Below the pieces are notes generated by a model, which was given only the letters and a program-made list of their open reading frames with translations, had not been told where the DNA came from and made no database searches. From contig CAZDPU010000003.1 of NCBI GenBank assembly GCA_964507645.1, positions 4,274 to 68,273 of the forward strand: DNA of 64,000 nt. The letters run 5' to 3'. The position numbers were made by a program, and so were the translations under genes. Positions 29,166-38,108 of the stretch are shown in pieces (within the stretch, counting starts at the first letter, position 1; each line of letters begins with the position of its first letter). Origin of the DNA: an uncultured bacterium. Its GTDB lineage: Bacteria; UBP7; UBA6624.

Positions 29166-29170
29166 TTTTT
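29136..29170 (+). terminator. Terminator-like hairpin plus T-tract (plus-strand sense) inside the guaA relic
   Basis: TTGCGG (29136-41), a 10-nt loop and CCGCAA (29152-57), followed by CGATTTGTTTTTT. No plus-strand gene lies upstream, so the function is unclear. Confidence 0.25.
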
Positions 29171-29186
29171 GACTCCAGCAGTCATT

Positions 29187-29381
29187 CTATACATAAAAAG
29201 CTTCATAGTGTTTTTCTCTATCATCCTTCATCATTCCAGCAGTTTCATTCATGAATTCATTTCTATCCTTCCTGGTTTTGAATATCCAAATGCATATTGA
29301 GTTTTTGCTATGGTAAATTGCTTTAAGTTCGTCATCAATGTTGCAGATTTCTTTTGGTATTTTAGCTTTTATGCAGATCAT
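29187..29381 (-). CDS. Orphan 64-aa hypothetical protein
   Basis: This is the only ORF between the intact guaA stop and the guaA relic. I recognise no motif, and whether it is coding is unproven. Confidence 0.3.
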   Translation of the reverse strand: MICIKAKIPKEICNIDDELKAIYHSKNSICIWIFKTRKDRNEFMNETAGMMKDDREKHYEAFYV

Positions 29382-29393
29382 TTTTATATTTTT

Positions 29394-30956
29394 TTATTCC
29401 CACTCAATTGTTGAAGGCGGTTTTGTGGAAACGTCATAAACACAGCGATTTATCCCATTTACTTCGTTCATTATTCTGTTAGACATTCTTCTTATCAGGC
29501 TCCAAGGAAGCTCAGGAAAGTCACAAGTCATCCCATCAACACTTGTTACTGCTCTGATTGCGCACAAGTGCTCATAGGTTCTTCCATCCCCCATGACCCC
29601 TACCGTTTTCAAGTCTGTTAAGACTGCAAAATACTGCCAAACTTCTTCATCCAGGATTGTCCCTTCTATTTCCTTTCTGACTATTTCATCAGCTTCTTGC
29701 AAGATCTTTATTTTCTCATTTGTAATTTCTCCAATCACTCTTATTGCAAGACCAGGACCAGGGAAAGGCTGTCTGTAAGCCATGTCTTCAGGGATGTCTA
29801 TTTCAAGTGCAACTTTTCTCACTTCGTCTTTGAAAAAGTACCTCAAAGGTTCTACTAATTCAAAATCCATTTTTTCTGGCAGTCCTCCAACATTGTGGTG
29901 AGTTTTTATTGTTGAGCTTGGCCCTCCCTTTGGGTCAAAAGATTCAATCACATCTGGATAAAGTGTTCCTTGTGCCAAGTATTTGATATCTTGTCTTTCT
30001 TTTGCAAATTTTTCAAAGACTCTTATAAAGCATTCTCCGATTATTCTTCTTTTTTTCTCTGGATCTGTTACTCCTTCTAGCTTTGTTAAAAACATTTCGG
30101 AAGCATCTATTACATGAAGCTCTATGTTGAAGAATTTGAAAGCATTTTCTACCTCATCCCTTTCTCCCTTCCTCAAAAGTCCGTGATCTATAAAAACACA
30201 TGTTAAATTGTCTTTTATAGCCCTGTGGATTAGTACTGCTGTTGTTACACTGTCAACGCCTCCTGAAAGAGCGCAAAGAACTTTATGATCTCCAACTTCT
30301 TTTTTAATGTTCCTTATGGCCATTTTGCTTATTGATTCTGGCGTCCATGTTTTATTGCATTTTGCTATTTTTGAAACAAAGTTTTCAATCAGGTCTTTTC
30401 CCCACACTGTATGCGTTACTTCTGCATGAAACTGAATTCCATATAGGCCTTTTTCTTCATTTCCAAAAGATGCAATAGGTATATTTTTCGACCTTGCTAA
30501 CACTTTAAATCCTTTTGGTAGTTTTTTTACTAAGTCTTTGTGGCTCATCCAGCATATTAGTTCTTTTTCCAGGCCTTCAAAGAGTTTTTCTTTTTCTAGA
30601 ACTTCAATTTGGGTGCTTCCGTATTCGCTTTTTTTTCCAGGCTCTACGTTCCCACCCATTTCATTAGCTATCAATTGCATTCCATAACATATTCCAAGAA
30701 TTGGAATGTTGAGCTCCCAAATCTTTCTATCTATTCTTGGAGAATCTTTTTCATGGACCGATTCAGGGCCCCCTGAAAGGATTATTGCTTTTGGGGATAT
30801 TTTTTGTATTTCTTCAGCAGGCGTGTCATACGGTTTTATTTCACAATAAATATTTTTTTCCCTTATTCTTCTTGCGATAAGCCTTGCATACTGTGCTCCA
30901 AAGTCAAGAATAATAATCGAATCATCAATTGGCTGGATTTTTTCTTTATTGTTCAT
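29394..30956 (-). CDS. guaA: GMP synthase (glutamine-hydrolysing)
   Basis: GATase domain (ILGICYGMQL, QFHAEV), ATP-PPase loop SGGVDS, and a C-terminus ending KPPSTIEWE. Confidence 0.95.
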   Translation of the reverse strand: MNNKEKIQPIDDSIIILDFGAQYARLIARRIREKNIYCEIKPYDTPAEEIQKISPKAIILSGGPESVHEKDSPRIDRKIWELNIPILGICYGMQLIANEMGGNVEPGKKSEYGSTQIEVLEKEKLFEGLEKELICWMSHKDLVKKLPKGFKVLARSKNIPIASFGNEEKGLYGIQFHAEVTHTVWGKDLIENFVSKIAKCNKTWTPESISKMAIRNIKKEVGDHKVLCALSGGVDSVTTAVLIHRAIKDNLTCVFIDHGLLRKGERDEVENAFKFFNIELHVIDASEMFLTKLEGVTDPEKKRRIIGECFIRVFEKFAKERQDIKYLAQGTLYPDVIESFDPKGGPSSTIKTHHNVGGLPEKMDFELVEPLRYFFKDEVRKVALEIDIPEDMAYRQPFPGPGLAIRVIGEITNEKIKILQEADEIVRKEIEGTILDEEVWQYFAVLTDLKTVGVMGDGRTYEHLCAIRAVTSVDGMTCDFPELPWSLIRRMSNRIMNEVNGINRCVYDVSTKPPSTIEWE

Positions 30957-32110
30957 TTAGCCTGGCCAACACCATCTACAAATTGATAATGTTTGCCTTC
31001 ATCTTTAAGAGAGGGGCAATGAACCACGCTTGCTTCTTGCATTTCTTTTATGTTTATCGCTCCAACCATCCCCATGGAGTTTTTCAAACCTCCTACAAGA
31101 TTCAAGGTTCCATCATCCCTATCACTGGGTCCAAAAAATAATTTTTCCAAATCAACCATATTTTTAACAGAAACCCTTGTTCCTCTGGGAAGATTTGGAT
31201 CTTGTGTTGCCATTCCCCAATGGTACCCTTCTCCAGGAGTTTCTTTAAGTCCACTGAAGCAACTTCCTAACATTACAGCATCTGCTCCAGAGGCGATAGC
31301 TTTTGATATCTCTCCCCCCTTCCTCATTCCTCCATCTGTAATTATTGAAATATATTTACCCGTTTCTTCAAGGTACCTTTTTCTAGCAATACAACAAGAC
31401 ATTGTTGCTGTAACTTGACCAACGCCAACACCTGTGACAGCTCTTGTTGTGCAGGCTGCACCAGGGCCAATTCCAACTAGTATTCCTGCAGGATTTGTTT
31501 TCATTAGCTCATATGCAGTATTTTCAGTGACACAGTTGCCCAGGACTACAGGAATTTCTATCTCTTCTATAAACCTCTTTATGTCCAGAGATATTTTCCC
31601 TCTGTGTCTAGAACTGATTACAGTTGCTTGGATAAAAATCAAATCAGCGCCTGCTTCTCTTGCCAAAAATCCTATTTTTTTTGCATTTGCTGGAGTAACG
31701 CTTACTGCTGCATCAATGCCTTTTTCTTTAAGTTCTTTAACCCTAAGGGATACTAGATTTTCTTTTATTGGTTCAGAGTAGACTTCCTGAATTATTTTTA
31801 TAGCTTCTTTTGAATTGCAAGAAGTAATTTTTTTAAAAACCTTCGAAGGGTCTTCGTATTTTGTTTGCAATCCTTCAAGGTTTAAAACTCCCATAGACCC
31901 CGTCCTAGATAATCTTTCTGCAAAAACAACATCAACTGCAGAGTCCATGGCACTAGCAATTATTGGAATTTTAAGTTCTGAGTTACCTATCTTGACTGAA
32001 GTGTCAACATCTTTTGGATCCAGGGTGCTCATTCCTGGAAGTATTGAAACATCATCAAATCCGTATGTGGATTGTAATTTTGGTAAAGAGCTTTTTTCCA
32101 TATTTTCCAT
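30953..32110 (-). CDS. IMP dehydrogenase-family protein lacking the CBS/Bateman insert (GuaB3-like)
   Basis: 385 aa. It has FDDVSILPG, IPIIASAMDSAVD, the active-site loop GIGPGAACTTR with Cys retained, and ITDGGMRKGGEISKA. No CBS pair is present. Its stop overlaps the guaA start by 4 nt. Confidence 0.8.
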   Translation of the reverse strand: MENMEKSSLPKLQSTYGFDDVSILPGMSTLDPKDVDTSVKIGNSELKIPIIASAMDSAVDVVFAERLSRTGSMGVLNLEGLQTKYEDPSKVFKKITSCNSKEAIKIIQEVYSEPIKENLVSLRVKELKEKGIDAAVSVTPANAKKIGFLAREAGADLIFIQATVISSRHRGKISLDIKRFIEEIEIPVVLGNCVTENTAYELMKTNPAGILVGIGPGAACTTRAVTGVGVGQVTATMSCCIARKRYLEETGKYISIITDGGMRKGGEISKAIASGADAVMLGSCFSGLKETPGEGYHWGMATQDPNLPRGTRVSVKNMVDLEKLFFGPSDRDDGTLNLVGGLKNSMGMVGAINIKEMQEASVVHCPSLKDEGKHYQFVDGVGQAK

Positions 32111-32124
32111 ATTAAATCAGAGAT

Positions 32125-32152
32125 GCATTCACTCTTGTATTTGGGTGAATGC
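32125..32152 (-). promoter_or_regulatory. Perfect 8-bp hairpin in the 69-nt spacer upstream of the IMPDH-family gene
   Basis: GCATTCAC (32125-32) and GTGAATGC (32145-52) flank a 12-nt loop. On the minus strand it lies 27 nt after the upstream stop and 14 nt before the ATG. No U-tract follows it. Confidence 0.3.
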
Positions 32153-32179
32153 TACGATTTTCTAGATTATATATTAAAA

Positions 32180-33268
32180 CTAATCTAAATTTAAAACAAA
32201 TATATCCCAATTCCAATGTTGTTTATGGGTTGTTGACGTTACGGCAATTTTTTTATTGTCAGGGCTAATTGATAGGCTTTTAAGTTTATCCATTTTTGCA
32301 ATTATTTGAAATTTGTTATTTTCAACATCCCACTTAATAAGGTTTATTTGATTTGCCTTTACATCAATCAATGAATTGATCCAAAGGTTCTCTTTTAAAG
32401 ACCATTGGTAAACTTGTAGAAAATGGCTATCTGTTGGAGTAAAACATTTTTTTTCGATAAAAACAAAATTCAAAAAGGTACAAAATTGTTGCTTTCTTGA
32501 GGACATATTCTTGGGGTTCATTCTCCATCCGAGGTTTTCTCCACCATATATTCCTATTGTGTATTCTTTTGTCCAGTCAACAACAATGTCTATTCCAGAG
32601 TTGCTCTTTGCAAGTGAGAGGCGGCTTAAGCCATCTTTGTTTTCAAGAATGAGAATGTTGGCTTTTTTGTCAATAGCGAAGTTTGATATTTTTGTGAAGG
32701 GTTCTTCATTTTGGTAAATTGTTTCAATTTCGCCATTTTCAACTGTCCTTTTTATTTTTCCTTCTTCAAGATAATAAATATTGTTATATGCATTTTTTGA
32801 TATCTTGAAATCATTATCAATCAAGTAGGTTTCATCATCAACCCACCCTCTTATCCAAAGTTTTCCTGATTCAGTCAATGAGATTTCATCTTCTTTGATA
32901 TCGGTTTGAGATTCTGCAAGAATTTTTTCTTTGCCGCTTTTGCCATACCACAAGACTGTTGGACCCGCAAGGGTCTTTTGTTTCCACAGTATGTTGCCAT
33001 TGTTTACTTTAAGGATTCTTCCTATAGGGTCTAGAGATGAAAAAATTCCATTTCTGTTTATGTTCAAGAATTTAACTTTTTCTCCAAACGGCGGAGAGGG
33101 GCTCTCTTCTAAAAATACTATATTTTCATTATCTAGCCAATTTAAATCTTTAATTTCAAGCCCTTGCCCCCATGGCCCTAGGATTTCAAAAGTGCTTTCT
33201 ATTTTTTGTTCTTGAAAAGATAAAAAACCTACCAATAAGCAAAGATATATTTTTAGATTATTTTTCAT
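32180..33268 (-). CDS. Secreted hypothetical protein, beta-propeller-like
   Basis: Signal peptide (LCLLVGFLSF) and a beta-rich sequence with a TolB/PD40-like stretch (SISPDNKKIAVTS). Confidence 0.4.
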   Translation of the reverse strand: MKNNLKIYLCLLVGFLSFQEQKIESTFEILGPWGQGLEIKDLNWLDNENIVFLEESPSPPFGEKVKFLNINRNGIFSSLDPIGRILKVNNGNILWKQKTLAGPTVLWYGKSGKEKILAESQTDIKEDEISLTESGKLWIRGWVDDETYLIDNDFKISKNAYNNIYYLEEGKIKRTVENGEIETIYQNEEPFTKISNFAIDKKANILILENKDGLSRLSLAKSNSGIDIVVDWTKEYTIGIYGGENLGWRMNPKNMSSRKQQFCTFLNFVFIEKKCFTPTDSHFLQVYQWSLKENLWINSLIDVKANQINLIKWDVENNKFQIIAKMDKLKSLSISPDNKKIAVTSTTHKQHWNWDIFVLNLD

Positions 33269-33286
33269 ATGTTAGTATTATTAATC

Positions 33287-36200
33287 ATGTCTTTTTCACA
33301 CCTTCACTTGCACACTGAGTATTCTGTTTTAGATGGAGTGTGCTCTCCTAAAGAAATTTTAACTTATGCCAAAGAATGTGGACAAAATTCAATTGCAATT
33401 ACTGACCATGGCGTCATGTATGGAGTCCCCTCCTTTGTTAGAGAGGCAAAAAAACTAGGCTTGAAGCCGATTATAGGATGTGAAGCTTATGTATATGATG
33501 ATTTTGAATTTCATGACAAGGGTAAAGATACCAAAAAAACAAATCACATTACTTTGTTGGCAATGAACAAAAAAGGTTATTCAAACCTTTCAAAACTAAC
33601 CACAAAAGCCCATTTAGAGGGTTTTTACAGAAACCCCAGAATAAATTTAAATTGGCTTGCAGAAAAAAATGAAGGAATAATAGTTCTTTCTGGGTGTATT
33701 CAGGGGATTCTGTCAAAAGCAATCATTGATGGGAATCTAGCTCATGCTGAAAATCGAATTGACTGGTTTAAGGAGGTTTTTGGAGATAGGTTTTTTCTTG
33801 AAGTAATGAATCATGGGATAGAAGAAGAAGAGATTATTGCAAAGCAGCTATTTGAATATGGAAAAAAACAAGAAATAAAGGTTGTTGCAACAAATGATGT
33901 TCATTTTTTAAAAAAGGGGGATCACTCGGTTCAGGATTTGCTTCTTGCGATAAGAAGCAATCGATTGATAGACGATCCTGATAGGTTTAGGGCAAAATGG
34001 CCAAATCTTCATTTAGCAACAGAGTCTGAGATGTTAGGCCTTTTCAAGGAAAATCCTGAATGTGTAAAAAATACCAACCTTGTAAGTGATATGGTTGAAG
34101 ATTTTTCAGAGGTTTTTTCAAACCCAAACCCAATTTTTCCAATTGTTGAAATTCCAAAAACCTACAAAAGCTCTAGTGAGTATTTGGAGAAATTGGCAGA
34201 AGAAGGTTTGCAAAAAAGATATAAAAAAAACATTAACGAAGCTAAAGAAAGGTTGAAAAAGGAACTTGATGTCATAAAGGATCTTGGCTACCCAGACTAT
34301 TTTTTAGCTGTAAGAGATTATGTCAAATACGCAAAAGACAACGAAATACCTGTTGGCCCCGGAAGAGGTTCTGGTGCTGGATGTTTGGTTGCTTACTGTT
34401 TAGACATAACAACGATAGATCCGTTAAAGTATGGATTGATCTTTGAAAGATTCTTAAACAAAGGAAGAAAATCTCTCCCAGATATAGATATGGATTTTTG
34501 TACCTTGGGAAGAGATGATGTAATAAAGTATATAAGAGAAAAAAATGGAACCAAAAAAGTTTCACAAATCATTACTTTCAACAGGCTGAAAGGAAAGCTA
34601 GCATTTAGAGATATTGCTAGATTGTCTGCAATTCCTGAGCCAAGGTTTAGTTTGGTTGCAAAAGCTTTATCCGATGGTGAAAAATTAAAAGATGCTTTAA
34701 GAAATAATATCATTAGAGACATAATTAACAGGGATCCTGAATGCGAAAAGGCTTTGGAAAAAGCGATACTTATTGAAAACACAATTAGAAACAAGGGGGT
34801 TCATGCAGCGGGCTTGGTTATTTCAAATCAAAACTTGGCTGGAATGGTTCCTTTGGCGCGAGGAAAGAATGGAGAGGTTGTAAGCCAATATGAAATGAAT
34901 GACTTGGAAAGTATGGGTCTTGTAAAAATGGATATATTGGGAATAAGGAATCTGACTTTTTTAAACGAGGCACAAAAAGAGATCAATATCCAGGGTCATG
35001 AGTGCGATATATATGACTTAAGTGACAAAGAAGATGACAAAAAGACCTTTAAGCTTTTAACCAAGGGTTATACGGACGGTGTTTTTCAATTTGAATCTTC
35101 AACCGCTGTTGGTCTGTTGAAGAAAATTAAACCCAAGTCAATTGAAGATCTTGCGATAATTAACGCTTTAAATCGTCCCGGCCCTTTGAATTCGGGTCTT
35201 GCTGACAGCTATGTGAAAAGAAAACAGGGAAAAGAAAAGCCAACTCCCCCACATCCAGCGCTTAAAGAGGTCTTAGAGGAAACTTTGGGAATCATGGTTT
35301 ATCAAGAGCAGGTTATGAGGATAGCTCAAGAGCTTTCGGGTTACTCTTTAATTGAAGCAGATGATCTAAGAAAAGCTATGGGAAAAAAGATTGAGTCCTT
35401 AATGAAGACACAGAGAAAGAGATTTATAAACGGTGCGAAGAAAGTTGGAAAGATAAGCCAGGATGAAGCCTTGAAAATATTTAATCAAATAGAAGAGTTT
35501 GCTCAATATGGTTTTCCAAAATCCCATTCTGTTGCGTATTCTGTAATAGGTTTTCAATGTGCTTATTTAAAAGCGCATTTTCCTTCCTTCTTTCATGCTG
35601 CTTGGCTTTCTAGTTATGCTGGTAATGCTGAAAAAGTAGGAGACTGTGTTTCAAGGTTAATCAGCTGGGGGAAAGACGTTCTTCCTCCTGATATAAACTC
35701 AAGTCAGGATTTGTTTAGTGTCAATAGTAATAATGAGATTCTTTATGGGTTAGCGAGCATCAGGAATGTTGGAGAGGTTTCTGCAAGAGAGATAGTTTCC
35801 GAAAGAAAGAAAAACGGGAATTTTGAAGATTTGCAAGATTTTATTTCAAGGTGTCAAAAAGTTGTAAATACGAGAGCTTGTGAAACCTTGGCTGCTGCTG
35901 GAGCTTTTGATTCTTTTAATCTTGATAGAAGGCATCTCCAGCTGGTTATAAAAGATATTTACAAGGCGGTAGAAAGGCTTTCAAGGCATAAGGGGCAAGG
36001 TTCACTATTTGGAGAAAAAACATTAATAAATATTCCAACTGTCAGTGAGGATGATATGAAAAATGTAGATTCTCTTTTTCAGCTTGAATTCAATGCTCTT
36101 GAATCATTTATCACAACATCTCCAATTTCAGATAGGTATCAACATTTTTTAAACATGGGCGTAAGGAGGCTAAACGATCTTAAGGCGGGTTCTAAAATTG

Positions 36201-36685
36201 ATGCGATTGGTTATCTTTCTTCATGCAAAATTAGAAAGACATACTCTGGAAAAAGAATTGCGGAAGGGGTTATTCAGGATAAGGGTTTTAGGTTTCCAAT
36301 TGTTTTTTATGAAAGATCGTTAGATAGTATTGATTCAAGCCATCTCTCTGATGGCGTTGTTGTTGTAAGGGCTCGTAGCAGAAAGGGTAAAGATGGAGCA
36401 GTTAGCCTTTATGGTGAACAAATTTGGCCTGATGGAACTAACTATGAATCTGAAAGTGGATTAGTTTCGCGACATGAATTGCTAGAGAGTATTATTTTGG
36501 ATTTGAATGGCTTCCTTAAAAAGAAATATTTGAATTCTTTAGGTGATGTCTTAAAGACTTTAAAACCAGGAAATGTGGAAATTTATTTAGACTTTGGTAC
36601 AAAGAAATTCAAACTTGAAGATAAATATGACAAAAATGCAAAAAAAATACTATTAAACTGGAAAGAAAAGCTGGAAAAAAAATAG
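33287..36685 (+). CDS. dnaE: DNA polymerase III alpha subunit
   Basis: PHP domain (FSHLHLHTEYSVLDG, ITDHGVMYG), palm/fingers (PGRGSGAGCLVAYCL, PDIDMDF, GVHAAG) and an OB fold. I chose ATG 33287 (MSFSHLH...). The ORF track starts at 33269. Confidence 0.95.
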   Translation: MSFSHLHLHTEYSVLDGVCSPKEILTYAKECGQNSIAITDHGVMYGVPSFVREAKKLGLKPIIGCEAYVYDDFEFHDKGKDTKKTNHITLLAMNKKGYSNLSKLTTKAHLEGFYRNPRINLNWLAEKNEGIIVLSGCIQGILSKAIIDGNLAHAENRIDWFKEVFGDRFFLEVMNHGIEEEEIIAKQLFEYGKKQEIKVVATNDVHFLKKGDHSVQDLLLAIRSNRLIDDPDRFRAKWPNLHLATESEMLGLFKENPECVKNTNLVSDMVEDFSEVFSNPNPIFPIVEIPKTYKSSSEYLEKLAEEGLQKRYKKNINEAKERLKKELDVIKDLGYPDYFLAVRDYVKYAKDNEIPVGPGRGSGAGCLVAYCLDITTIDPLKYGLIFERFLNKGRKSLPDIDMDFCTLGRDDVIKYIREKNGTKKVSQIITFNRLKGKLAFRDIARLSAIPEPRFSLVAKALSDGEKLKDALRNNIIRDIINRDPECEKALEKAILIENTIRNKGVHAAGLVISNQNLAGMVPLARGKNGEVVSQYEMNDLESMGLVKMDILGIRNLTFLNEAQKEINIQGHECDIYDLSDKEDDKKTFKLLTKGYTDGVFQFESSTAVGLLKKIKPKSIEDLAIINALNRPGPLNSGLADSYVKRKQGKEKPTPPHPALKEVLEETLGIMVYQEQVMRIAQELSGYSLIEADDLRKAMGKKIESLMKTQRKRFINGAKKVGKISQDEALKIFNQIEEFAQYGFPKSHSVAYSVIGFQCAYLKAHFPSFFHAAWLSSYAGNAEKVGDCVSRLISWGKDVLPPDINSSQDLFSVNSNNEILYGLASIRNVGEVSAREIVSERKKNGNFEDLQDFISRCQKVVNTRACETLAAAGAFDSFNLDRRHLQLVIKDIYKAVERLSRHKGQGSLFGEKTLINIPTVSEDDMKNVDSLFQLEFNALESFITTSPISDRYQHFLNMGVRRLNDLKAGSKIDAIGYLSSCKIRKTYSGKRIAEGVIQDKGFRFPIVFYERSLDSIDSSHLSDGVVVVRARSRKGKDGAVSLYGEQIWPDGTNYESESGLVSRHELLESIILDLNGFLKKKYLNSLGDVLKTLKPGNVEIYLDFGTKKFKLEDKYDKNAKKILLNWKEKLEKK

Positions 36686-36696
36686 AATTTGCCTTT

Positions 36697-37539
36697 ATGG
36701 AGAACAAGACAAAAAAGACATTGCCTGACTTGATGAAAGAAAAAGACAAGAGGAATGTGTCTATAGACAGGGTTGGAATATCTGAATTAAAAGTTCCTTT
36801 GCGATTTAAAAAACCAAATGGGAAAATCCATAGCACAGTTGGAAAGTTTGAAATGTATGTAAATCTAAATTCAGATGAAAGGGGTACACATATGAGCAGA
36901 TTTTCCATTCTTCTTAACGACTTTCTTTCGAATGAAGACAATTGTTTAGATTCTGAATCAATTGAATTGCTAACAAGAGAAATGAAAAAGTATCTTGAAA
37001 GCTCTGAAGCTTTTATAGACGTTGAATTTGATTATTTTAGAGAGGTGAAAGCTCCAGTTACTTCTATAGTTGGAGTTGCCCCCTATTCAGCTGGGTATAA
37101 AAGTTCTTTTGATAAGGATGGTAAATTTTCTCTAAAAACATGGGTCAAGGTTACGGGTCAAACATGCTGTCCTTGCTCAAAAGAGATTTCTGATTATGAT
37201 CCAAGTTCAGGTAAGGGAAAGGGTGCCCACTCTCAACATGGGCATATTCTCATTGAAGTTGAGAATGCACAAAAGGAAAATATTTCTTTAGATTCGCTAA
37301 TTGATTTAGCTGAAAAGTCTTTATCTGCTCCTTCGTACCCTATTTTGAAAAGACAGGATGAAAGAGAAGCAACAATATCAGCATATGAAAACCCGTGTTT
37401 TGTTGAAGATGTCATAAGAGGATGTGCTACAAGGTTAAGAAGGATGGATGGCATAAAAAGCTTTTCTTTAGAGGTGGTTAATGATGAGGTTATCCATTTC
37501 CACAAAGCAAAAGCCTCTCTTCAGGAAAACTTAAATTGA
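36697..37539 (+). CDS. folE2: GTP cyclohydrolase IB (FolE2/MptA family)
   Basis: Signature DERGTHMSRF, plus CCPCSKEIS and HSQHGH metal/active-site regions. Confidence 0.85.
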   Translation: MENKTKKTLPDLMKEKDKRNVSIDRVGISELKVPLRFKKPNGKIHSTVGKFEMYVNLNSDERGTHMSRFSILLNDFLSNEDNCLDSESIELLTREMKKYLESSEAFIDVEFDYFREVKAPVTSIVGVAPYSAGYKSSFDKDGKFSLKTWVKVTGQTCCPCSKEISDYDPSSGKGKGAHSQHGHILIEVENAQKENISLDSLIDLAEKSLSAPSYPILKRQDEREATISAYENPCFVEDVIRGCATRLRRMDGIKSFSLEVVNDEVIHFHKAKASLQENLN

Positions 37540-38108
37540 TTTTTTAAAATTTCCTTTGCAATAACGTACTCTTTTTTTGTGTTCATTTCGTAATTAACCC
37601 AAATATCTGAGGTTTTTAAAATTTTTCTTTTTTGTTTTTTGGTCCAATCTCTCAGGGGTGTTTCTGGGTGTATCTTTTTCAAGCTTCCCAGGATTTTTGA
37701 ACCGATTAAAATTGGATGCCCCCCCTTTTTTTTATGAACAGGACAAACGATGGAATCTTCTTTGTAGGTTTTTTTCAATCTTCTCAATGTTTCTTTTTTT
37801 ACAAGAGGGTAATCTACTGGCCAAATGAGGCATCCATTTTCTTCATCTACCAGCTCCAAGCCCTTTTTGATTGACAGGGATCTGTGATTGTGGTTTCTAT
37901 TTATTGCAAGGTTTTCATTCTCGATGTACTTTTCAATATTTTTTTTATTTTTTCCTGCAACAATGATTGTTTGAGAGAATTTTATTTTTTTTATTTTTTC
38001 AATTATTATTTCAATTGATTTTAAGTTTCCAAAATCAAGTAAAGATTTATCAGTACCCATTCTTTCTGAAATTCCAGCGCATAAGATGATTGCTGATATT
38101 TTTTTCAC
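37521..38108 (-). CDS. MobA-like NTP transferase, probable molybdenum cofactor cytidylyltransferase (MocA)
   Basis: AIILCAGISERMGTDKSLL N-terminal motif. It is encoded immediately downstream of the Mo-hydroxylase subunits. Confidence 0.7.
   Translation of the reverse strand: MKKISAIILCAGISERMGTDKSLLDFGNLKSIEIIIEKIKKIKFSQTIIVAGKNKKNIEKYIENENLAINRNHNHRSLSIKKGLELVDEENGCLIWPVDYPLVKKETLRRLKKTYKEDSIVCPVHKKKGGHPILIGSKILGSLKKIHPETPLRDWTKKQKRKILKTSDIWVNYEMNTKKEYVIAKEILKNQFKFS

Noticed and set aside
32111-32179. A possible purine riboswitch upstream of the IMPDH-family/guaA operon.
   Set aside because: Only one 8-bp hairpin fits in the 69-nt spacer. The two-hairpin, three-way-junction architecture and conserved loop sequences of purine riboswitches are absent.
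33269-33286. An upstream ATG at 33269 would make dnaE start directly back-to-back with the divergent gene at 33268.
   Set aside because: The conserved PHP-domain N-terminus begins at MSFSHLHLH (ATG 33287). The extra MLVLLI is not conserved-looking and would leave zero intergenic space.
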